From Azolla caroliniana (Eukaryota > Plantae > Polypodiophyta), in NCBI GenBank assembly GCA_043228905.1, contig JBHGNT010000123.1, positions 1 through 64,000 of the forward strand: a DNA stretch of 64,000 nucleotides, written 5' to 3'. Shown here piece after piece: positions 47,401 through 59,200 of the stretch (position 1 is the stretch's first letter; each line of letters starts with the position of its first letter). The translations under genes were made by a program, and so were the position numbers. The notes beneath the pieces are model-generated. The model made no database searches, was not told the DNA's origin, and worked only from the letters and a program-made list of their open reading frames with translations.

Positions 47401-50400
47401 TGTCGTGAAGATTTTCGTCCATAGGCGGAAAACCGAGCGAAGCAAGCAAACCCGCGATGTGCAACGTTGCACATCACCATGTTGTATTTCTATTTATCGA
47501 TAGTGATAAGTATGGTGCTAGAAATGCACCTTAGGATTTGTAAAGTGTAGAGGTGATGTGCTTTTGCGCGCACATCCACGTGAGAGAGAGAGATAGGTAC
47601 ATAGTAGTTCGTGTAGAGGTGGGAGTTAAGACCCATCCTTCCCACCTCCCCTAAAATCAAGGGAAATATCCCCATTGATTGAAAGGGGATATTTTGTAGC
47701 ACCTTTATGTAACGGTCTTCCCTCCTTGTGCTATAAAGGGAGAGGAAGAGCACCATTGTGGGGGTTGCCTTATTTTGGAGTGTGAGTGAGGTATACCATT
47801 TCGTTTAGGGTTCCTTAGTTAGGGTTTCTTTTCTTCTTCGTCGGATTAGGGTTTCGGGTTTATCATAGCCGTTTGGTGCGGCCTACGCGGCCGCCATTTT
47901 GTAATCGGTGTTCGGTTCTAATATATCTTGTTGAGCATTTGGCCTCCATCTTCCTCTTGTTCGTTCTTTCTCTTCTTGTGCTAAGCTCCATTCCGAAGTC
48001 CTATTCCTTCTCCCCTTCTCCTTAGTCCAAGACCCCCGTGGTTCCGCCCTTCTCCACGCACGCGCGTAACAACGCGACATCTTTGGTGAACCCGACGTGA
48101 AGGGCGGCAAGGGAGAAAGAGATGGAAGAAGGCTTCGACTTCGAGGAGATGATGACAAAGATCGTGATGGACGCCGGACGGAAGAGGGCGAGGCGAGAGG
48201 CGGCTCAACAAGCGGTCGAAAGGGTGGTCCGTCTAGTCGGCCGGTTCGATGGGAAGGAGGTCCCAAAATTTTTGAGAGCCTACGATGCGGAAATGACGGG
48301 GATGGGCGTGGACGAAGCGACGAGGCTAGAGTTCTTTCGTCGAGCGGCGGCCGCATCAAAGTACGAGGAGGTCAAGGAGCTCCAAGAAGCTCACGAATCG
48401 TGGGAGTCCTTTGAAGGGGCTCTAATGGAGGCATACGGGTGCGCGGAATCGGAGGTAAGAGGTCGGCGAGAGTTCGATCGGTGGATGGCGTCGGCGAGGC
48501 GCCATCGGAGCGCAATAGAGGCATTCCGAGAGTTCGAGCGTCGTTTCTCTCAACTCTCGGAGTGGGAACGAAGAACGGTGGGGGCGGACAAAGTCCTCCT
48601 ATTTTTGGAGACGGTCCATCATGAGGAGAGGATGGACATCATGTTCGAGCTTCAAGACGATTATGGGGCGCATGGTCTCACCGAGGAGTGGCCCGAAGTG
48701 GAATGGGTGTGTCGGCAACATGAGGCGAGGCGGTCGGCCACAACACGGCCCGCGAGCGGGGGAGAAGAGAGAGCGACGACCGACTACGCCATGCCGCCGG
48801 ACGAGAGCTCATCGTGAACCGGTTTGGAGGGGCTCGACCTACAAGCGCTAATACGGGAGGCGTGCGGGCTCGTAATGGCGAAAATCGAAGCCGAAGAATG
48901 GCTTATTGCGGGGTCGGGCCCGAGCGGATCGGAGGACGCGGAGGAAGGAGCTTCCTCACACATGGAGGACGGGGCCCATGCGGAGGCCGAAAGAGAATGG
49001 TACATCGGTACCACGGGAGAGGGTGCGGAGCGAGCCGCCCTCTCGACATGGGGGGAAAGAACGACCGAGGACGAGGTCGGGGACGGTGAGGCGGCAATCG
49101 CCGATTCGAGCGGACATGGCGGATTCGGGACATGGTGGCCCGAATCATCGAGTACGGAGGAGACAAGCGGCGGTACCGCAACCTTCCACGCGCCGGTTCA
49201 AGAGACCCCGGCGGCCGGCCCGAGCGCCCGCGTGAGACCGAGGGAAAAGAACGGTGGCGGCGGCAAGGTGGGCAACCGAGACAACGGTAAGAAGACCGCG
49301 GAAGAGGCGGCGGCAAGCATAACCGATGCTTGCATATACGGAGGCGGGGTAGCCACGGACAACGACGTCCGAGCGGAGGTGGCCACGGACTATACATCGA
49401 CGAGCGGCGGTCCCGCGACCTTACACGCGTCATTCCTAGAGATCACGGCGGCCGGCCCGAGTGCCCGCGTAAGACCTATGGTGAAAGGCGGTGGCGGTGG
49501 CAAGGCGGGCGACCACGGCGTCGACACGAGAGAAGGTGCGGAGCAAGCGACCGTCTCATCTCGGGGAAAAAGAACGGCCATGGACGAGGCCGATATCTAC
49601 GGAGCGATGGACGCCACTTCGAGAGTGGGCGGAAGTTTCGGGACGCGGTTGCCCGAAACGTTCTACGAGGATTTCGCGAGCATACTCGAGGCTTGCGAAA
49701 TGGAGGAGGAAGACGAAACGAGCGATGGTGTCGCGACCTTCCACACACCGGCCCTAGAGGCTTCGGCGGTCGGCCCGAGTGCCGGCACGAGACCTAGAGC
49801 TACGGACGGTGGCGGCGGCAAGGCGGACAACCGAGATGAGGACGAGACCGGCGAAGAAGAGGCGGCGGCAAGCATACTCGATGCTTGCGAAACCGAAGAC
49901 GGGGTAGCCACGGACGACGATGTCCGAATGGAGGTGGCTACGGACGAGAGGAGTGGTGGTGTCGCGACCTTCCACACACCGGTCCTAGAGACTCCGGCAC
50001 CCGGCCCGAGAGCCGGCGAGAGGCCTAGAGTGACGGACGGTGGCGGCGGCAAGGCGGGCAACCGAAACGACGACGACATGGGAGAGGGTGCGGAGCGAGC
50101 GACCCTCTCGTCTTGCGGCGAATGGACGGCCAAGGATGAGGCCGGTGACTACAAAGCGGAGAGCGCCACTTCGAAAGTGGGCGGAAGATTCGGGGCACGG
50201 CGGCCCAAAACATCGAGCGGAGAGGAGGCGAGCGGTGGTGCCGCGACCTTCCACACACCGGCCCTAGAGGCTTCGGCGGTCGGCCCGAGTGCCGGCACGA
50301 GACCTAGAACGACGGGCGGTGGTGGCGGCAAGGCGGGCAAACAAAATGACGCGGAGAACGGCGAAGAAGAGGTGGTGGCAAGCATACTAGAGGCTTACGG

Positions 50401-53074
50401 AATCGGAGATGGGGGAGCCGCGGACGACGTCCGAACGAAAGCGGCTACGGAGACAACAAGCGGCGGTGCCGGGTCCTTACCCACACCAATCCTAGAGGCT
50501 CCAATGGCCGGCCCGAGGGCCGGCATGAGGCTTAGTGCGACGGGAGGTGACGGCGGCAAGGCGTGCAATGGAAACGAGAAGGAAGATTGGAGCGGACGGA
50601 GGCAAGACCCCTTGACACCGGGGCCGGAGACTTCGGCGGTTGTGCTCGAATGCCAACGTGAGACCGGAGAGATGGGCGGTGACCGTGAGGAGGTGAGGCC
50701 CGGAGAGAGCGCATACGAAGACGAGTATGCGGGGCCCGGAATGGGCGTATACGGTGGGTCCGACGGAGAGGACCGGAGCGGAAACGAGGAGAGAGTCGGG
50801 AACCGACCCTACCGGAATACGGCACGGAAGAAGAAGAGAGTAAGGGCCGGCGAACCGGGCCCAAACCGAAGGAAGCCGGCAAGACCGATTGGCCGGTTAC
50901 GGTTACGGTTACGGTTACGTTTACGATGGGAGCCGGTAAGCGCGAGATGGAGGCTAACCGGGCACGACGACCATGGTTCGGGGGAAAAACGGAAACAAAC
51001 GAGGCCCTCCATACCCACTCTAGAGACTACGGCGGTTGCGGATCAACATAAGACCGGAGAGACGGCGGGTGGCGGCGAGGAGTCGGAGGCCGGAGCGTAC
51101 GAGGTTACCGGAACGGATATCCGGTACGAGATGGTGGACGGGTGGGTCCAAGACGGCGAGCCCGTGTCGGAACGGGCTACGGCGACAAAGGAGGAGAAGA
51201 CCGACACGGAGGTCGGGTCTACGGCGGAAGAGCGAGACGAGATGCATGCAATACGGCCGATGGAGGGCCAAGACACAAGCATGCCTACGAAGGAGCCACA
51301 TCGAGCGACCGAAGATGACGGTCGGATCACGCCTTCGAGAGGCGAATACGAGGAGGAAGGCGGCGACGACGAGACCCGGCACGATGCTAGGGAAGATTGG
51401 TGGGAAGAGGTGGCCTACGGAGAGGCTAAGACCGGCGGCCACGAAGATAAGACCCGAGAGGGATCCTCCACACCGGCTATAGAGACTCCGGCGATCGGCG
51501 CGAGTGCCGACGTGAGACCAAGAGTGGCGGACGGTGGCGGCGAGGGGACGAAGGCCACAACGGATGAAGGCACCGAGAGAGGCATACGGGAGGTCGCGGT
51601 GAACGAAGATGTATGCGCCCAAAGGAACGAACACGACATCACGAAGGATGTGTGCGGTCGAGCAGGCCAAGAGGGCCAAGAGGGTGTTCCTCCGAGCGAA
51701 ACGGAGATCGGGGAAGAAAGGTACCTTTCCGAAAGGGTACGCGAAGAGGAGCGGAATGCGAAACGTGCAATGCGGCCGCATGAGGGCCAAGCAACGAGCG
51801 CGGGAACGATGGTATGCTCTACGGCGAGAGAGCACGGCAAGCAAAGGGAAGGCGAAAAATGCGTGATGGGGTCATCGAAGGACCGAAGCACGAGCACGCA
51901 TTCGGAGGACGACACCGACGTACGGGGAAAGCCTACGGAAGGCAAGCGCGGAGCGAGAAGAGTCGGCACGACGTGGTGCGCGGCGCGAAAAAGGCGGATC
52001 CGGAGGATATGCGAGGCGGACAAAGGGTCGGCAACGGCGTTCGGGAGGACCGATCGGGGAAGAAAGCGCGGGCATCGGAAACGGCGGTCCGGATGTAGAC
52101 GGTGGTTCGAGGAAACACGGTGGACGTGGCGGATCGGGTGGAGGCCACGACTCGGCGAACGTCGTCAAGTGTGGCGGATCGGATGGAGCCAACGGTTCGA
52201 GACCATTCGGCGGAGATGGTGGGCCGGAAGGCGACGGTGGTTCGTGTGGACGGGGTGGACTTGCTCGAAGTGGAAGACTAAGCCGGGCAAGCCCACGAGG
52301 TTGTCAAGGGCTCGGTTGGCCGCCTTGGCCGAAAATCTCGCGTTTTGTTCCCCTTTTGGCACATACCGGTGGATGTGCGGTTAGGTGGGGGCGGATGTCG
52401 TGAAGATTTTCGTCCATAGGCGGAAAACCGAGCGAAGCAAGCAAACCCGCGATGTGCAACGTTGCACATCACCATGTTGTATTTCTATTTATCGATAGTG
52501 ATAAGTATGGTGCTAGAAATGCACCTTAGGATTTGTAAAGTGTAGAGGTGATGTGCTTTTGCGCGCACATCCACGTGAGAGAGAGAGATAGGTACATAGT
52601 AGTTCGTGTAGAGGTGGGAGTTAAGACCCATCCTTCCCACCTCCCCTAAAATCAAGGGAAATATCCCCATTGATTGAAAGGGGATATTTTGTAGCACCTT
52701 TATGTAACGGTCTTCCCTCCTTGTGCTATAAAGGGAGAGGAAGAGCACCATTGTGGGGGTTGCCTTATTTTGGAGTGTGAGTGAGGTATACCATTTCGTT
52801 TAGGGTTCCTTAGTTAGGGTTTCTTTTCTTCTTCGTCGGATTAGGGTTTCGGGTTTATCATAGCCGTTTGGTGCGGCCTACGCGGCCGCCATTTTGTAAT
52901 CGGTGTTCGGTTCTAATATATCTTGTTGAGCATTTGGCCTCCATCTTCCTCTTGTTCGTTCTTTCTCTTCTTGTGCTAAGCTCCATTCCGAAGTCCTATT
53001 CCTTCTCCCCTTCTCCTTAGTCCAAGACCCCCGTGGTTCCGCCCTTCTCCACGCACGCGCGTAACAACGCGACA
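47401..53074 (+). mobile_element. Element E: non-autonomous Gag-fusion LTR element, 5.7 kb, very young
   Basis: TSD acgt (47397-400, 53075-78) restores Copia DVRHVPE; 679-bp LTRs 47401-48079 and 52396-53074 with no differences seen; PBS 48084-48101; PPT 52379-52395. Confidence 0.96.
48122..52384 (+). CDS. Element E ~1420-codon frame: Gag capsid-like 231 aa, one in-frame TGA at 48815, repeat linker, W/R-rich tail
   Basis: ORFs 48122-48817 and 48824-52384 are in the same frame and collinear with B across the stop. Confidence 0.85.
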
Positions 53075-53078
53075 ACGT

Positions 53079-54148
53079 GTCGGACATCCTTCAGCAGCAG
53101 CTTGCATCCGGTTGGTGTTGTCAACCACACGTCTCCTATGCCGACAATTCGGCATGTACCTTCATTCCCCATCTGGACACAGCCGTGATCACCGACTGAG
53201 TAGGATGAGAAGCATTTCTGGTCCGGGGTGAGGTGGAACGACGCTCCGGAGTCGACCACCCAGGTCATCTCGTCACAGGCAAGGTTTAGCTCACTCTCCT
53301 CGGTGATGAGCATCAACTCTTCTTCACTTGCCGCGATTGCTGTCGTTCCCTTCCGGTCCGGCCCCCTCCGGTCTTTACCATTCCGGTCCGGTGTCCGCGT
53401 CGAATCGGTACTGTCGGTTTCCTTGTCTTTTCAGAAGTGCCGACAGTTCTTCTGGAAGTGTCCCGGCTTGCTGCAATAGAAGCAAGTAGGCCTCCCCCTT
53501 GATTTTGACCGTGTCCCCGACTTTTCCCGGTTCTGGGGACTACGATTCCTTTGTCTTCCGCATTCCGATTCGGTAAGAAGCGCTTTGGAGTCGGAGCTCG
53601 TATCCTTATCTTTCCGACGCGCCTCCTCATCTAGCAAGCTTGACTTCACTCTTGCTAGGGATAACCGTTTCCCTTCCGGCCCGGCGTTGCCCAAGGTGAC
53701 AATCAACGTCTCCCAGCTATCTGAGAGGGAACCGAGCAGGAGTAGTGCTAGTACCTCATCGGCAAGAGGTACTTCCAATGATGTTGCTTGGTGGATCAGC
53801 CCCTGGAAGGCATTCATGTGCTCCGCCATGCTGGAGCCATCTTGGTACCGGAGGCTTACTAGCTTCCGAAATACCAAAACCTGATTAACAACATTTTTGT
53901 TTTGAAACATAATGTCGATCTTCTCCCAGAGCTCATGAGCCTTGCTCTCTTCATTGAAGTTGTTGTATAGACTCATGTCGATGAAGCACCGTATGTACGC
54001 CGTTGTCTTCATGTGCGGAGTCGATTTTGTCCGGCCTCTTGTCCCCGAACTGAACCGGCAACCAAAGATCTTTAACCACGAGCATGTCCCTCATCTTCGA
54101 CTTCCACACCGAATAGTTGGAGCCGGTGAGCTTGAACATGCCTCCCAT
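53079..54148 (-). pseudogene. Copia gag and protease, frameshifted
   Basis: KLTGSNYSVWKSKMRDML, ALLLLGSLSDSWETL, zinc knuckle CFYCSKPGHFQKNC, PR WVVDSGASFH. Confidence 0.93.
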
Positions 54149-54178
54149 TTTCTGTGTCGTTTCACTCTGATACCACTT

Positions 54179-54925
54179 TGACAAGAACTACACGCTCTGA
54201 TGAACAACGCTTGGCCTCAACCGAGCTTAGAATCATAAAACACAGAAAAATGGGGAATGAATGCACGACACAGTGAAGAGAAGAGTACACAGGATGTTAA
54301 CGTGGAAAACCCAAACTAGGGAAAAACCACGACAGCCCACAGACTACAAACTATCACTATGTAACAATATACAATAGATGAACACAGAGGCAACGACCTC
54401 TTGTTCACTGTCTTCGCCACAAGCGGCGGTTACAATAGAGATACGAAATCTTCGTCTCTCTCTCTCTCTCTCTGTACACTGTTGCGCTCTAATCTTGCGC
54501 CAACAAGAATGACAACTACTACACATTAAGTTTGCCCTAAGTCATATTTATACTAATATGACTTTTCGGCTATTTACAATTATAGCCCCGATGGCCTCTC
54601 AGGAAACATATTTACGAATATGTCCCTTCATCCGGTGAGCACTTCTCACCGGGCCTTCACCATCCGGCTCTTGCCGGGTACTCCTCATCCGGTTCTCACC
54701 AGGTCTTCCGTAGCCGGGTGCTCCTCATCCGGTTCTCACCGGGTCTTTCGTAGCCGGGTACTCCTCATCCGGTTCTCACTGGGTCTTCCGTAGTCAGGTA
54801 CTCCTCATCCGGTTCTCACCGGGTCTTTCGTAGCCGGGTACTCCTCATCCGGATTTGGCCTCGGCCGAGTTTCTCATCAACACTGCTCTTCTCACTTCTC
54901 ATCCGGAGGGACCTGTTTCCTAACA
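54179..54925 (-). repeat. Copia 5' LTR
   Basis: Adjacent to the iMet PBS; direct repeat of 22073-22784. Confidence 0.93.
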
Positions 54926-55460
54926 CTTAGGATACTCTATAGGATAGGCCTTGAGATCTCATTGCCATGGGATAGAAAACCTTGCTTATTAAGGAATTTT
55001 TATCTTACATTGAGAATTTTGATTTTGTCATCAATACATTCTACTTAATATTGATATTTGTCATTTGAAATGTTCTCCAATGAAGGAGATTGGATACTAG
55101 ATTTGTTCTCCGACTCATGTAAATTAATATAACTTTGTTTGCTATGCCTTTAGAAATCAATATAGTTTATGTTTAGCTAAAACAATCTTCATTTTAAATT
55201 GTTAATGTGTACTGCATCTGCATCTGCATTGAAGCTATTCAGAAATACTGTTGCACTTAAAAAAGATGATCAACAAGTGAGATTTATTAACATGAGGATT
55301 AAAGCCTTAACATTTTCAATCTGCATCCCATGAACTTATTTCTCCATTAGGTGGTGAACCTAGGGAGCTTATTGATCATTTTGTCGACGAGCTATTTGAG
55401 GACCCTATCATTGCTAGCCTATGTGGAGTAGATACTACACAAATTTTGAGGGGAGTTCTT
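54926..55460 (+). pseudogene. Possible 3' part of the methyltransferase-like remnant
   Basis: Continues after the TSD. An apparent gtgag...ttag intron joins KKDDQQ to VVN, followed after a frameshift by PRELIDHFVD, reminiscent of the KPxxLxxxxI motif X region. Confidence 0.3.
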
Positions 55461-55488
55461 GAAAGGAAGAAGAGGAGAGCATTCTGGA

Positions 55489-55998
55489 TGTCATGGACCT
55501 GACAATAGTCATGTCAAGATTCGAACTCATCACCTCTTGTATATAGTCAAGTGTTATGTTCTAACCAACACATCCAAATACATAGTCATATTTATCTTAG
55601 TATATTATTACTATCTATTTCAAGTTGTAGGAGTTTTTAAAAAGTTCTAGAACTAGAAGGTTCTAGAGAGTTCTAGAATATTCTACCAAATATTCTCAAG
55701 AATATTCTAACACATATACTTCAACTCGCACTATAAATACTTGTAACCTCCTTAGTCCCTTTCAAGGAATTCAAGGCCAGTCATTGACACATCAATCTAA
55801 GCCCCATCTTCTCTCCTTGATTTATATCTTTGTCTTTATGCTCTTGTATTGTTCATAGCGTCTTAAGTTCCTCATCTCATCGCTCCCAACTTCCAGAGTT
55901 TCTAGCCTCATCACGTTTAGTTCCATGTTCGTAACCTTATCAATCATAGCCTCGTCATCTGTGCTTTGTCGTAGTCTAGGGTTGGTGTGTCCGTGACA
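55489..55998. mobile_element. Solo LTR, 510 bp
   Basis: Termini tgtcatggac...gtccgtgaca form an inverted repeat; 5-bp TSD ctgga (55484-88, 55999-56003); internal ctataaata TATA. Confidence 0.88.
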
Positions 55999-56236
55999 CT
56001 GGATACCCTAATAACTAATATGTGATATGTTCAAATTGATATATTAATGTTCACGTCAAAGTTTAACAGTTTATCAATATCGTCTACATTTTAGGAGTTG
56101 TGGATTTATCAAAACTATTTATTAATATTGTCTACATTTCTTGAGTTGTGAATATAAGGATGTTAATGAGCATTAAATTCATAGATGATGGCACTAAGGA
56201 TTACAATGTTACCTCTTATACTTAAAACATTTTCAA

Positions 56237-59200
56237 TTTTAATCTGCATAAATCTACAACACAACTCATGGGTTGTCTAACATCCATGTTCATATACAGT
56301 ACTATGTATGGTTGTTTGAACAACCATATTTATATCATTATCAGAGCTCCTTGATATAGAATTAGTGTAAGATGGGTTGTCAAATGAATTAAAGAATTCT
56401 CCTACTTATTAAGAGGCATGCTATGCTGGTTTATGCTGTTTTGCAACATGTTTGAAGTGGTGAAATCTGATACTTATATCATATTAATTGCTCATTTTGG
56501 AATTCCAAATGGTAGATGCTTATACTTGTGAATGTTTAGTAGGTGGTACGAATCTATATCAGTGTACTGGAAGCGTAGGAAGAGTGCAATTTTATTCGTC
56601 TGTAGTTTTAGCTGATTATGAAAGAAGAAATTATGCAAGAGATGTAAATCAATATGTCGATGTTTTGTACAATCTAAATAATTTCAACAGGTATTTCTGA
56701 CCGTTGATTCTTCTTCATGGCTTTTGTGATAGCAGTGATCCATCAAATGTATCTGTCTCACATGATACATAATCACATGCTTTTGTAGGCCATTTTTGTT
56801 GCGTGATGTTTATGACAACATGATCCTTGATGGCATTCAACCAATTTCAGATACATTTGCACCACTCTTTGTTGGATGTATGAAAGGTGGCCGTCTACAG
56901 GACGCCTTTTACTTTTACAATGAGATGAAATGCATGGGCTATATCCCTGATGTAAGTTTATGGATTCATAATGGTTTTAATGGGCATTTGGTAATAGACG
57001 AGATTTTATGGAGTTGGTTTCAGAATCAAACTTTTATAAAATTTTAGACGTAGTAGAATAATTGAGGATGAGGTTTGTACAATGAATATAAAATGTAAAT
57101 GTTTTTTTAGGATTTGACATTCAATTGCTTGATTGCAACATGTGGTAGATGCTGCCAACAACGCCGTGCTTTTTAGGTTCATCCTTTACATGGTGTAGCT
57201 GTTCATTGCCATTACGCTGTAAACTTAATTTTATTGAGTCTTTTCATTCCCAGATACTGACATCTCATTTGGAATTTCATTTTGCATCTGGCAGAACGAA
57301 AGAGAGTTATGTCCAGGAAACTTATACGAATGCATCCAATGTAATGAGAAATAAATCATTCCAGATATATCGGGTCATTAAAGTCCAATTCCCAAGGAAA
57401 TTTGCTAGTACATATCTGAGTAGTGGGTCATTAATTTGGCCAAGATGTGAGTCTTTACATCTATGATAGATCCAGGAAATTCTTGTTAAGCATTTTCCAT
57501 TTTTGAATAGTATTTAAAGCTTAACATGGAAGGTAAGTTGATTGACTTAAATATTCTACATCAATGGGAATGTTTTGACCAAGATGTTTACTCCATCTAT
57601 GATAGATCCTGGATGTTCTCGTTAAATATTTTGCAATAATGTACGATTTTTGCTCAAATTGCGAGAAGAGTTGAGTTTCATGGCTTTATTTGTAGAGTGT
57701 GTGTATGTGGCATGGGCTCACCTCAACCTTTTATTTATTCAGAATAAAAAGCAACTTTATTATCTTTGTCTGCTAAGGTTGTAGAGGAGATGTTGCATTT
57801 TGGCTTGCGTCCAAAATTGAAAACATTAACAACACTTCTAGGAGCATGTAGGGCAGTATGTTTGCCAAAAGAAGTGTGAGTATATAGAAGTTTGTTCAGG
57901 AATAACTACCATTACATATGCATAAAGAACAATTGTTCCTAAGTTTTCAGGGCAAGAGTTGTGCAAAGGATTATAGAATTTGGACTTGCGCTAAACAAGT
58001 ATTGCTATGCTGCACTCATAGCAACAGAGAAAAATCAACAAGTGAAGAAAAAAGACACATTTGATAAGGTTAGATACTAAGCGTGTTGAGTTGCTGTTCC
58101 TATTGATGAGGCTCACTGTATCTGACTTCTCACATAGTTTTTATCCTTCAAAGATCCTTGATATACTAAGGCAGGCAAGAAGCTGGTCTGGTCTAGACAT
58201 GTTTGGAGGTGGACGAGATGGAGGGGATATAATTGATGAGACTGACGAGTATATTTATGGTTTGCCCAACATTGATTTTGTACCCAGCCGTGCAAATATT
58301 GTTGATCGGCGCTTGACGGTATATCATGCATGTGCAGACCTCAAAAATACTTCTGTAAGTGTATGTTGATATCTATTGTGACTTTTAATCATCGTCCACC
58401 ATGGTTTGGAATCATTGAAATTGACAAAATCGAGTTAATGGATCAAGACAATTTTCATAAAAAATGCAATCATGTAGTACCTCCATTTGGATGAACGCAT
58501 ATATCTTTTGTTTTGTTCTGAAAGAGATTAATGACATCATAGATCAAGATATGGCCCATGGGGAGCCTAGCTTGTCAACTTTGTGCGCATAATCAAAAAT
58601 GGTATTTTTGCACATATTGATATTTAATATAAAATTTTCCATCACAGTTTAGAAATTTGTGTAGATGCATATGGAAATGGATGATAGTTCTGTACTAGAT
58701 ACTTGATGATATGTTGACTGTTTGTATGCAGGCCCTGAGGAGTGTTGTACAAATGCTGAAAGAAGATAGCTTTCAGCCAGATCTTTTTTGTGTTGCTCAA
58801 ATCCTAAGGTATGGAATACATCATATACATTTATTATTTCTTATAGTTTTTTAAAACTATGTAAGTGCAATTTCTTCTGGTTACATAGGTATTGGTTGTG
58901 GAATCTAAGTTGAACCTAGAAATGTATCCTAGAAAAGGCACTCCCAAGATTGTTAACTTGCTACATCACTTCTAGGCTCTTTGTTTTTGACATGTATCTA
59001 CACCCTCCACAACTTTACCTTTCAGATTAATATGCCATATCTCAATTGGTCCTGCCAAACATATAATTGCCTAGGTTTGAATTATCTACATATTTCCATA
59101 AGTTCACCTTTTGGATGTAATATGTATATGTTGAGTGGTTCTTTTACACATGAAATTGCTTGAAGGATAATTATAATCACTATAAAACCTTGTAATGCTA

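Larger units (their letters stand above)
22073..54925 (-). mobile_element. Ty1/Copia LTR retrotransposon (Tork/Tnt1-like), ~5.4 kb after removing nested inserts; decayed
   Basis: LTRs 22073-22784 and 54179-54925 (TG...CA); 5-bp TSD cttag (22068-22072, 54926-54930); PBS tggtatcagag (iMet) at 54175-54165; domain order Gag-PR-IN-RT-RH. Confidence 0.95.
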
